Both the position numbers and the translations under genes were made by a program. Below are positions 13,501-26,900 of a DNA stretch of 64,000 bases, piece after piece. Position 1 is the stretch's first letter, and the number at the start of each line of letters is the position of its first letter. Below the pieces are notes generated by a model. It was not told the origin of the DNA. It ran no database searches and worked only from the letters and a program-made list of their open reading frames with translations. This DNA is from Eledone cirrhosa (taxonomy: Eukaryota): positions 5,270,001-5,334,000 of the forward strand of contig OZ024753.1 of the NCBI GenBank assembly GCA_964016885.1, in the 5' to 3' direction.

Positions 13501-16500
13501 AGAACATAAAGGACCAAAACAACTCCCACGCACCATCCACCCAAGACATTTACTAGAAAACATAAATTACCCGTTAGATATGACATCTATCTGTTTCTTT
13601 ATGGATACGCTTGTTATTTTCTCTACTTAGAATTCTTTTAATCATATACTCATTAGAGTGTTAAAATCTGTTAGTACTTTGTTGGGAAGTATAGTAAATA
13701 GAAACCACTTATAATTTTGGCTGTTGTTAGTTCCAGAACTTTGTCAGTAACTAAAGCTGTTCAAAGCATCATATCCCATCATGTGCTCTCGAAAATTTGG
13801 TTTACCATTTTTATAATCCTCTTACAAATGGATATTTGTATTCAGAAATTACCTGTTCACCAACATACCGTGAATATTTTAAAATTCAGTTATACCAAAA
13901 TATATTTAATACTTCTATAATAATTTTTGCTGTGGAATGAAACTTGGCAACATGATGTGGATATCAAACTTACCATAGTACCCGAGTCATTCTAGCCACA
14001 TGTCTGTAGTATCAGAGCTGTGATTTCTCGATTTGGAGAAGTGGCAGCTCTACTTGGAATGATTCTCTGATCACATTTTTTAAAACCCTTATCAGAGTTT
14101 ATTTCATTTTTTTTTCAGAGTTGCTATGATGAGAAGAAACAGCTCAAAGCCATATAGCTTTAAATTTGTTTTAATTTTCTCTGTTGAGAATATAGTGTGT
14201 ATCTCTTGTATTTCATACCAGAGCAAAACTATATATAAAAATAAAATGTTTTCTCGTATCACTCTTTAGAAAAAGTAAATATATTTTGGTGCACTTTGTA
14301 TCTAAATTTAAAATAAAAAAAAAAAAGAGGTTCTTATACATATTAGCATAACATAAAGTTGAAACATACACAGTTAAAAATGCAGAAATATTATTTGTAC
14401 TTCCTTCTTTAGTCAATAAATTGGGTAAAGTTATTAATGAAAAACATGTGTTTGGTGTTTGTTTGCAATGCTTTCATTCTTAGTTTAGTTGTTTCTCAAT
14501 TTGACAGTTTTATATGAAGGCACATGGCTTAGTGGCTAGAGCGTTGGGCTTACAGTCCTGAGGTTGTGTGTTCGATTCTCAGACCAGGCTTTGCATTGTG
14601 TTCTTGAGCAAAACACTTTAATTTCATGTTGCTTCAGTTCACATAGCTATAGAAATGAGTTTACCCAGCTATAGGTTAAATAGCCTCACCAACCCGCAAT
14701 TGGCCAAGCGTGGTGAGTACGGCTACACCCCTGACATGATCAAAACCAAAATAGAAAACAGCGGAGGTCAATCAGAGAGAGGTTTCTCTGGTAGGAATGA
14801 AAAGGCCCCAGATTGCATATGAACTTTATCAATAAATTTCTATTCGTATGAAGTGCACCAGTGTGCCAAGGCACACACTTTGAGAACCACTAGTTCACAC
14901 ACTCATATATATATATATAATTACACAGTTTATCTTGATGTTATTCCCAGTTTGGAGGAGAAATCTCAACCAGTGTGAAACCGTCTTCTTCATTATGTGG
15001 AATCTATAGAGGTTTATACAAAATATTTTTTTTTTTAATTTCATCTGTCAATGGTAAGAAAGGCTGCGTGTGATACTTTACAGTGACTAATTCAGTATTT
15101 CCTGTCATTGAAAGATAATACTAAGGGTAGAAGGTTCAAATCTTTCCAGGGTGCTTTAACTTATATCATTCCTACACTGATAGAATAAATATCAGTAATA
15201 TAAGGGGGTTAATTAATTAGAAGAATATTGTGCTGTAATAGCAACATGGCCAAAACTGGTTCTGGTTCTAAAACTTATTCCTGAGAGGGTCATGGAGGCA
15301 GAGTCCTCAAACACTCCCTCCAATGGGTCCTATCAGAAGCAACTATCTCAAACTGATCCGGCTGGATCCCCAAGCGTGACCAGCCAAGCTCATGGATGTT
15401 ATCGAACTATCTTACTCTTGAATTAGTCTTCCAGCATAATTTTATATAAAAACATATATTGAGTTAACATCCTTCAAAACTGTTAATTAATTAATCAAAA
15501 TTACCACATTGATGTTTGCTAAGCAACAAAAGGGGCACACATCGAGTGTCTATGATATCAACTCACATGAAACTTTGTTAGTTTATGCAACTGTAGCCAC
15601 CAATATTGCAAGAATATTCATTTAAGTTTTCATATTACAAGTATTTGAAATCAAGGAGTGTTTTTGTGGTCACCATGTACAATGTATTTCATTAGAAATA
15701 TGGTTATAAAAGAGTTAATATTATTGGTTGTTAACAAACGTGGTTGTGTAGGAGTTAAGTTTTGATAAACTGTATAATTTGTTAACACTTTTAACTCACA
15801 GCTGGAAATACTTTACTTTTTGTCTATTGTTAATGTGTGAACATAACAATTTCCTCATAACTCTTTTGTTACTATATTTCTAATCAAGAATTTGGAGGAA
15901 TTTAGTAATAACTTTTAACTTGCTCATTATTTTATTTGATGCTTGGAACAGAACTTTAAACCTTTAGCATTTATATTTACTATTGTATTTTCATGGTAAA
16001 GGCTTTACCTCACATAATTATCTCACATAATATCAAAGCTATGAGATTTTGATATTATTTATTTTGAAAACAATACCTTAACATCAGTATGAGCAGCTGA
16101 TATGGCCGGTTTGAACAGAAAGAGGTGAGAGAATTATGGTCAGATATGGCCAGTGTAAATGCTAAAGAGTTATGGTTTTCTCATAAACTCATGATGGAAG
16201 GTTTTTAGATAAATATAAACACTTTAAAACAAATAGTTTTGTATCTTAGAGCCAAGGGTGGTTTTAAACTAGTTGGTATTGACAGGGTTAAACAAAACCA
16301 TTAGTCTAGCAACAATTACCAAAATTTGAAGTTCAAATATCTTAACTACTTGTTATTTATACAATTAATATCTTTGTTCTAAACATTGATTAATAACTGT
16401 TTAATTCTAAATTCAACAGTAGCAGTAATGCATTTCTCTTTGATTCCTACATTTGTGATATTCTATACAATTTACTACTTTCTACTACTCAGTTACATTG

Positions 16501-16794
16501 TCACTGTAATGTTTATACTAACATCACATCAGTGGTTTGAAGAATAACATCTGTTGTGACTATGAGACAAACCCAAACAACACTTTTCACCTTACAACAG
16601 CTGCACTTAACACCACTATGAAAAAACATCAAAAAATCAGGAAAATTATCATTACTGTCTAGATAAGCAAAGATTTACTTCACTTTTATGAGAAAAAAAA
16701 AATGTTTTTTTTTCTTTGATTTTTTTTTTTTTTTTTTCCTTTTCCAAAATTTCAATGTTTGTTTTATTTTCCTTTGCTTTTTTTTTCATTCCAG

Positions 16795-16945
16795 CCTTGA
16801 AAAAGATATCCTACTATTGAAACAACAGAACAATGTCTTACATTCTTCTTCTGCCAGTATGCACACAAGCCATTCCACAAGCCCCACTCCAACATCATTG
16901 AACTCCTATCAGGATGGTTCAACTCTCAATGACCCTAATAACCAG
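16795..16945 (+). CDS. CAP-Gly gene exon (LEKDILLLKQQNNVLH...PNNQ)
   Basis: Long polypyrimidine tract plus ccag; CAG|gtatg donor. Confidence 0.8.
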
Positions 16946-16982
16946 GTATGTATATATATATGTGTACATATATATATGTACA

Positions 16983-17017
<35 letters not shown>

Positions 17018-18448
17018 CACTAAGCTTGTTACACACTAAAGGTATTTCATCATCATCATTATATCAGCTTTGCTCTTTCTTCTAATAGTTTATATCTCTG
17101 CCAAAATTATAGAAGAGATGATTCTTCCAAATTGCAGCTGGCTTCTGATTAGAATGTATCTCAGGAAGATTTAGGGAGCAATCTTAGTGAAGGTTTTTCA
17201 GTAAAAGAGAAGTGGTGGTGAGGGTGGATGTGAAAATTATTAATACTAGCTTTTTAGATGTCAGACTGCATAACTAACTAATCAACTGTTTGATATTCAC
17301 ATGGTAAATAATTAGTAGTTTGCTTCATAGAAGTGCCAAGAGGAAAGCTGATGGTTTTCTTTTAAGTAGATGAGATTTATAAGCTGGAATTGTGGGTTAG
17401 TTACTAATCTAAATGAGAGTTATGTCGTCTGTAGCTAATTATGGTGAGATTGCTACTGATTGGCTTAAAATATGGCAAGACATACTATTAAAGATCTGAA
17501 ACTAAATATCGAAGATACTTGATAATGACATAGTTTTTAAAACTTATGCAGCAAAGGGAGAAACTTGATTTTTTTTCAGAAAAATTCAGAAGAGGCTGTT
17601 GACATAAACTGTCAGTTTACAGATTTTAGAGGATGGGAAGGTGAGAAGGAGGGAAGGAGGAGAACGTTTGAAACTCAGTCTACAATTATATATCATCATC
17701 ATCATCATTATGAAGATCATATATATTTCAGTATGCTGGTATAAATTAAATGGGTTTACTTGGCCACAGTTAAAACAACACCCATACTTTGCTCAACACA
17801 AGATGTGTTACCTTCAATACAGCATAAGGAGCTTCACCCCCTGCCTCTCTCTCTAAATATATATATGTGTGTGTGTGTGTGTGTATATATATATTACACA
17901 GGCGCTGTTTCAGGATATCCATTCATTAAGATATGTTATCTTCACTATGCCAAAGACTCACCTTCCTTCCTTTTTAACAACTGTGTCTTTTTATTTTAAA
18001 ATATCCATTCATTTATCTAGGACTTCCTTTACAAAAGTAGGTTTTAAATGGATATGTAAACACATTTATGCATATATTTGTTTAACAAATAGCCAATATA
18101 CTTTTTAAATTACAGACAAAGATAATGTATTAACAATTAATATTTTTAATTACTGTATTAACTCTTAATAATATCCTGTACTGCATCAAACCACACAAGG
18201 AAGGTATTTTTGTAAAAAATATCACTATGACTGCATCACATTGAAACTTAACCCTTTAGCATTTACATTACTCTACATTTACAATGTAAACACTTTACTT
18301 CACTTAATATCTTACATAATACCAAATCTACGAGATTTTGATATTATTTATTTTGAGAATAATACGTTAATATTGGTATGGGTGGCCGGTTATGGCCAGT
18401 TTGAGCAGAAAGAGGTGAGAGAATTCTGGCCGGATACAGCCATGTATA

Positions 18449-18519
<71 letters not shown>

Positions 18520-18678
18520 TCAGTACTCATCTTTTTCCATTTCTTAGAGAGTTTTAAATCCCACTATCAGGCTAAAATTTCTTTTGTAAAAATATATAGC
18601 AAAAGCTTCTATTTACTTATATATATATATATTAGCGTGGAAAATAGACATTAAATGATGATGATATATATATATATA

Positions 18679-18746
<68 letters not shown>

Positions 18747-19562
18747 TACATAATATATGTGTGATGTGTTATTGTGTTTGAAACAAAATATTAACAATTA
18801 TTCCTCTTCAATCTGACAAATATTTTATCTACTAAAGTAGATGTCATATTTTCTATTATCTATGTGTGTATGTATATCATTATCACCATCATTTAATGGT
18901 TGTTTTTCCATATATATATATTCATTTTATTGGAGCTAAATAGTGAGTCTTTTTACTCAGGTGTTTCACCTGTTTATCACAGGGTTATCTTGTCTGATTA
19001 CCCTTTTTACTGCATCATTGAGTGCACCTCTACATCCCTCTGCTACTTTATATATTCTTACCTTGTAATTAACTAAAAATACTCAACAACATCATCATCA
19101 TCGTTTAACATCTATCTTCCATGCTAGCATGGGTTAGACGGGTTTGTCCCATTTGGATCGGGTGACCATGTCTCGCTCATATAGGACTGTTTCTGGCTGG
19201 TTTTCTACGGCTGGATGCCCATTCTAATGCCACCCACATTTACAGTGTGTGGTGGGTGTTTTTTACCATGTCTTTTACATGACCACTTTACAGTGTGGGC
19301 TGGATGTTTTGTGGTACCAACATAATATATATATATATATATATATAATCATCATCATCATCATCAACATTTTATGTCTGCTTTTCCCTGCTTGCATATA
19401 TATATATATTTATATATATATATATAAGTTAAAACAATGAAATAAAAAATCAAGTCATTAGAAATATACTTCACTGCTTTACGATCGTTTCTACAACATT
19501 TTCAACATATATATTACATTGAGTTCTTCATGCAGACTAGACCCCACAACTTACCGTGGATA

Positions 19563-19631
<69 letters not shown>

Positions 19632-20291
19632 TTATTTATTTATGACCAAAAGTTTATATGGCTCGTTGATTAATCAATGAATTCAATTTTACAATAGATT
19701 AGAGGCACTCGACAGAAATTTATCTGGAGTATCTAGAACATTATTCAAAATATTAATAAATATCTTAATTAAGGTCTAATTAAATGGTGAACTATCCTAA
19801 TCAATTCATAGGATAAAAAAAACTCTCAATCAGGTTATGCTATTACATATAAATATCTATAATTTTTACTTCAATTAGGCAAATTTACATTTATATATAT
19901 TTCTTTGTTGCTTTACGTCTTCTTCTCTAAGTTTATCATATTATTTGTGCCCGCCGAGGTTGACTTTGCCTTTCATCCTTACGGGGTCGATAAAATAAAG
20001 TACCAGTAATGAACTGGGTAATTGCTGGCCTTGTGCCTAAAGTAGAAACAATTATTTGTGGTATATAAATGTTGAGTGTTGGGGAAATAACTTACTACCA
20101 CTACAGGGATAGAAGATTCAAGACCTTAGGGGTATGTCATATAACCAATCTCTTATATATTTTACCTGATGAAACGTACTGAAACAGCATTGTACCTTTG
20201 AAATATGTATATTAAAATATATACTTTGGTTATGATAATATTTCTCATTTATTAATATTTTAAATAATATAAATATATATATAAATATGTG

Positions 20292-20335
<44 letters not shown>

Positions 20336-20946
20336 CATACATACATGGTGGTGGCTGCCAACTCGTTTTCGAGTACGGCCACTACTTTATATCCATGTAG
20401 GAGAACCCCTACCGATGCGCTGAACGAGTGTGACTTTTTAATCCAGCCAGCGACTTGAAAACTCTGGTACAAACACTACACCTGTGACAATTATTGACAC
20501 ATAGTGCTGGGCCCATGGTACCATATGACGACAAGTGCAGAGAGATCTCCAGATATAAAGCAATGCCTGTGCCATGGAGCTTTTATAGTGAGCAAAGGCA
20601 CTGCACAAAGCCAGTCCCACTCTCTTAACCAAGATGATATTTACCAAAAAGAAGAACAAGTCAACATCATTGGATACCAAAAGAGTTGCAGGTGTTATAT
20701 CAGAGTTTTGCTTCTCCTAGAATTCTGCCTTGACAAAGGCTAAGGGGTCATCTCTCCCAGTGATTTATGCCATCCACATACATACATACATACATACATA
20801 CGTTTGGAATACTCAATTGGACGATAGACGAAATCCGAGCAGTTGATGTTGGAACTCGAAAAATACTGAACAACACTGGAAACTTCCAATTCAACAGTGA
20901 CATAGACCACCTTTACTTGAAACGTAAGCAGGGAGGCAGAGGCCTA

Positions 20947-20985
<39 letters not shown>

Positions 20986-23900
20986 TGATAATGATATATA
21001 CATTTCCTTACCTTGTAATTAATTCACACTAATTAACACTGCTACTTTATATAACTTTACCTTGTAATTAAGTGAAAAGATATTAAATGTTTGTTTTTGT
21101 GTTTTGTAGGAAAGATCTCGTCCTTGCTCTCGGTGTAGCCAATCATCAAGTGTGTTAAGTAATTCTCCAAAGATAGATAAACTACGGGGTCACAAACTGT
21201 CAGGATATTCTTACCCTCCTAACCACAACAATAACAACCACCACCATCATCATCATCATCACCACCACCACAATAACAACAACAACAATAACAATAATAA
21301 CAACAACAATAGCAGTAGTGATGTTAACAGCATTACTCCTGTGATAAATAAACTTGCTGACAGTCCAACATCTCCGAGTCGATTTCATGCCCCTAAGTAT
21401 GCTACAACACAACAACCCAATTCATCAACAGAATCATCCCCCAAAACCTTACACAATGGCATCACCACACAAGCAATTATTCACCATCCTCCTGATTTGC
21501 GGCCAAACTCTGCTGATCTTCCACCTGAATCTCCCACCAGTCTCTGTGATGTTCCAGCCGACGTATGTTCTCTTACTGAGTCCTCTTCTTCGGATCGACC
21601 AAGTGAAGAATTAACCGATGATGGCCATAAACGAAAGGACTCTTTACCAGAAATAGTTTCCAAGCCAATACCACACCTGCCAAAATCTAAGTAAGTTACT
21701 ATCAAATATTTCTTATAAATTCTAATTAAATATTGATACAAAACACATGCGCATGTTCGTTTTCACTTCAATTTATTATAAATTTTCGGTTGGTTGGTTC
21801 AAAAACCGGATGGTTGTTTGTATGTTGTCAAAGCTCTTTTGTTACACATTCTGTGACCTCAGTGACTGGTTTCTTATTTTGTGTTTCTCTTTTGTTCTGT
21901 CCTACACCATCTTCTGGTTTTCATAAATACCAGTGGTTTACTTTTCTTATGATACCATACCTCTATCCTTTTTTGTTATTATTATTATTATTATTATTAT
22001 TTCCATTATCATTTTTATTGCGTATCATTGCTGCTTTACCGAGCACAGCTCTGTGCACCTTGATTATGAGCAGTGTAGTTTTTGCTGATGTTGTTTCTAT
22101 TGTATTGATAGTACTTTTCATAATATGTGTGCATTGCCTAGTAGTGCTATCTTTTGTATGCTGTATATATTTGTAAGTCCTGGGGTTTTGGTTATGTATT
22201 TGTTTGTGTGTTTTTTATCATTCCCAGAGCACCTATTATTATAGGTATTGTTTCTGTTTTCATTTTCCCCATTCGAGTTATTTCTATCTCTAGATCTTTA
22301 TATTTGGAGAGTTTCTTTATTTCTTTGAAAGATTTATTGTTGTCTGTGGGGATTGATACAGCTATTAGAAGGCCTTTTTCTTTCTTTGTGGTCCTTGACT
22401 CTAATATCTGGTCAGTTGGCCTTGATCTCTCTGTCTGTATGTATTGGTATGTCCCAGAAAATGGTTGCTTTGTCATTCTCTGACACTTTTTCTGATGTCT
22501 GTTTGTACCATCTTTTTTCTGTTAGTATTTCATAATTGTTTCTACTATTGGCACAAGGCCAGCAATTACCCAGTGCAATTACCCTGTTAGTATTTCATAA
22601 TGCTGGCATAATTTCCAGTGTATGAAGGTCCCAACTCTATCATGCCTGTGGATATATTCTTTTTTGGCTAGAGCTGGGCATCCAGAGACTATGTGGTTGA
22701 TTGTTTCTGCCCTATCTCCAAATATTCTACAGTTACTTATTTTGCTTTGTTTCATTATGTACTTCTGGTAGTTTCTGGTCAGTAGACTCTGGTTCTGCGC
22801 TGCAATTAGAAATCCTTCCATCTCAGCTTTTAATCCAGTGCTTCGGAGCCAGTTTTGTGTGTTTTCTTTGTATACTTCCTTTCTTCTTCTTCTTCTTATT
22901 ATTATTATTATTATTTACTTTATATGGAATTGAAATATTTAAATATTCATCATGTGTAATTTCTATATTTTTTCAGTGCAACAGTTTCCAAAGAAGTACA
23001 GTGTCTTCTGTCACCTTCCATTGAAGACGAAGACAAAAGTAAGTTGGTGAAATGTTTCTATTTCCTTACTAAATAAATCTATATATAAGTTGTTTATTAT
23101 TTACATAAGCTATGGATTATATAGAAACATGGCAGCTTGTAACATTTAATTTGGTCAGTAAATTTTCTGTTGCAAGTTGCGATTTCTTGCTCAACCCTTT
23201 AGTTACCAGCCCGGCCAAATCTGGTTCTGGTTCTATGAGATAAAACCACCCATTTTAAAGGTTTCCAATTTAAATTAAAATCTTCCAACATAATTTTATA
23301 TAAGAACCTTACATTAAGTTAATATCTTAGTAATAAACTAATTAATAATTTTAGTAAATCCCTCAAAATCCTTCATTGATTAATTGAAATAGACTATTTC
23401 ATCAGAAATGTGGTAATGAAAGGGTTAAAGAAAAGTTTTTAAATTTCCATTGAAAGAATTTGGTGAAACTCTTTTAACAGAGCAATATAAATACTGAACT
23501 TTCATTTGTTTTCTTGGACAAGTGTTGTTTTTGTAAGAGTGAAGCAGTAAACAGAATTTAAATTTTAAAATATTCAACCTCCACTGTTCAACTTAATTTT
23601 GTTGTCATTAAATTTGATTTGAGATTTTATCCATTTTTCTTTCTCTCATTTCAGATTGTAAATCAAACCAAATGTTAGCTGATAATCTTGCTGATGCTCT
23701 ACAAGAAATTGAAGCATTAAAAAGAAAGATAAAAGAATTAGAAGTAAGTTGGTTTGTTTAATCCTTTAGCATTCACATTACTCTATATTTACTATTGCAT
23801 TTTTACAGAAAAGCTTTATCTCACATAATTATCTCACATAATATCGAATCTAAGAGATTTTGATATTTATTTTGCGAACAATATCTTAACGTCAATAGCT

Positions 23901-26900
23901 ATTTGTTCTCTTTTCTGCCTTCTCTTCTTTCTGGTCATAATCTGCTACTCCATCTTGTATTTTGTTTTGTGGTGTATTTACATGGATTTCTGTATAACAA
24001 GTGTTTAATAATATATTTGTATATTTGCAGACGAATCAACTAGCATGTCAGTCAGCTGAACAACATTCATCTATTGTCACAGCACACCCTGCTGCTACTG
24101 CTCTCCAAATTGTACAGCCCATTCCTAGTGTGTCATCTCCCACAAAAGATTGTCTGGAGGAAACTGACATGATGATTGTTAAAGGAAGAGTAAAAGAACA
24201 AGTCAAAATATTTGGTCGGCAGTGCTCTCCCTTACAATCTCAGCAAGATTTGACTTCCACGCCAAATTTAGTAAATGGGTAAGTAATAAGAAGAAATATA
24301 AATATACTAGCTGTCCCTGTGCTGTCAAAAATAACAGCTGATTGTAGTATCAACTATATAAAAAGGGTCTGTCTTTCTCTCGCTAAACAACGTTTCCTTT
24401 TATTGCACTCTCATTACTGAAACCAACCTAAACTTGTACAACTTAAAGCCACATAGAGCAGGCTGTGACGTATAGTTGATGTTGTAAAAACACTTTATTT
24501 CTTAATATAAATATATTAGGCACATGTATGAACTGTTAAATTATACAAACATATACATAAAGAGACTCATTAGAGAAAATAATTATACATGTACACACAT
24601 TGTTCACTATTTTCTATACTTTGTCACAACCCCTTCCTTCCACACTCATCACATAGATGTGTGTGTATTTCATTATTTTGTATAATTTGTCTGTATATGA
24701 ATGTGTTTATATTTATATACTCAAACATAGATGAGTTACCTCCCTATGCGTGATAGACAAATACGCAAGAGCATTATCATCTGCCAAGGTTAATTTTGCC
24801 TTCCATCCTTACGGGGTCAATAAAATAAAGCACCAGTAATGGACTGAGATAATTGCTGGCCTTGTGCCAAAAGTAGAAACAATTATATATTAGTAGATAA
24901 TATATACATATGTGTGTGTATGTAAAAAGTAAAGAGAAATAACGAAGCCAACAACACAGTACAATGAAGAAAACCAAGAGGAAATATAAACATTCAAGAT
25001 TTTTCCAAATCTCAGTCCAGAATGTCTGAGCTAAGATTAGAATTTGTATTTCACTAAACAATATATATTATTAATCTTCATTATATGTTCTGTGAATATA
25101 TATATACATTAATAAGCATATATATATATTAATAGGGAATGTATATATATACTTTAATACATGAATATATATATATATATATACATACATTAATAGGTGA
25201 ATATATATACAAACATTAATAAGGGAATATATATTTCTTGGTTATTTTTGTGTGTTACAGATCTCGAAAGTCTTGCCCTGCTGTTCCTAAAAAACCAGTT
25301 CGCAACCCATTTGCTTGTCCTTTGCCATTCTGTAAATGTGAACCTTGTACGCAGACTGTTACATCTGCTAGTAATGATGGAAGATTGCCTCCTATAGATC
25401 AACTGATTCGATCATACCCCGTGAGGTAGGTAAAACAATAGGGACCCAATACAGAACAATCATCATCATCATCATAGCAGTGTATTGCCAAAGTTTTTAG
25501 AGCCTCGGATAAAATGTTTTATGGTGGTTCTCTTTGTTCTGAGTTTAAATCCCTCCGAAATCAATTTTGTTTTCATCCTTTTCAGTGGATAAACATTGTT
25601 CCAGTGAAGATGGAATTGTTACAGCATTTAGTGGGAGGTTTTGTGGCCTCTATTCTAATACTATGGATTCTTAGTTCAAATCTCACCTCCTGTCACTAGA
25701 ATAGTGACATGACAAAACTGGTACTCCCTCATTAAAATAGCCAAGGAAACCTCTTGTGAAATACACACTCATGACGGTATTTCTCATGAAATACATTAAA
25801 TGTGTTTCAATTAATTTTGAAAAAAAGTCAAGAATTTTGAGGATTTGAGTAAAATGAATTTTTCATATGAGTTGATAACAGAGTTCTTACATAAGAGTTG
25901 ATAACAGAGTTCTTACATAAGAGTTGATAACAGAGTTCTTACATAAAATTATGATCAAAGGTTTTAATTTAAAATGGATTGTTTTAATCATAGATCCAGA
26001 GGCAGTTTCAGGTGGGTTTCTATTGAAAGGGCTAAACCTATGCTGGAGTGAGCCATCAACCACCACAACAACATATTTAGAAGTAAAGCTGTTGACAAGA
26101 TCAGTTTTACTGTTCTTTCTTCATTTTCTTGTTGCTTTCCTCACCATAGACTAAGTCAGTATTCAGGTGGAGCTACTGATCTCTTAGACAGGTCAGAGGT
26201 CTACATCTTACTTACATATATGTCGACATTTTACCAACTGCTTTGTCCTCCTGACCCTTTGTTTGATAGGCTTTCTTTGGCTGGATGCCCTTCTTATCAC
26301 CAACCACTTTACACAGTATATTGGATACATTTATCATGTAGATCAGAGTTTCTCAAACTTTTGTCGTCCCCCCCCCCCCCCCCTCACGGCCATGTAATAC
26401 CCTCAGCACTCCACAACCCTATTTACAGAGAGACCTGCCTCCATGCAAATTGAGAATAATATATAATAAATAAAATCGTTAATTCATATATAATAAATAA
26501 TCTAATACATTCTGTGAATAAATAAATTATTATTTCTTATTTTAATTTATATATATATATAATAAGGAGTTGACGGACCCACCATATTTATCAATGCCAG
26601 GACCGGTTGTATCTAATATATATATGTAATGTGTATCATTTGATATTTAATATATTATTCATCATCATCATCATCATCACCGTTTTACGTCCGTTCTTCC
26701 ACGCTAGCATGGGTTAGACGGGTTGTCCTGTTGTGGGCAGTGTCTGGTCGGCTGACCATGCCTTGCTCATACAGGAACTGATTTGGCTTGGTTTCTACAG
26801 CTGGATGCCCTTCCTAACACCAGCCTCATTTACAGTGAGTGCTGGGTACTTTTTTTCCGTGGCGCCTACATGTCCACTTTACAGTGTGGGCTGGGTGCTT

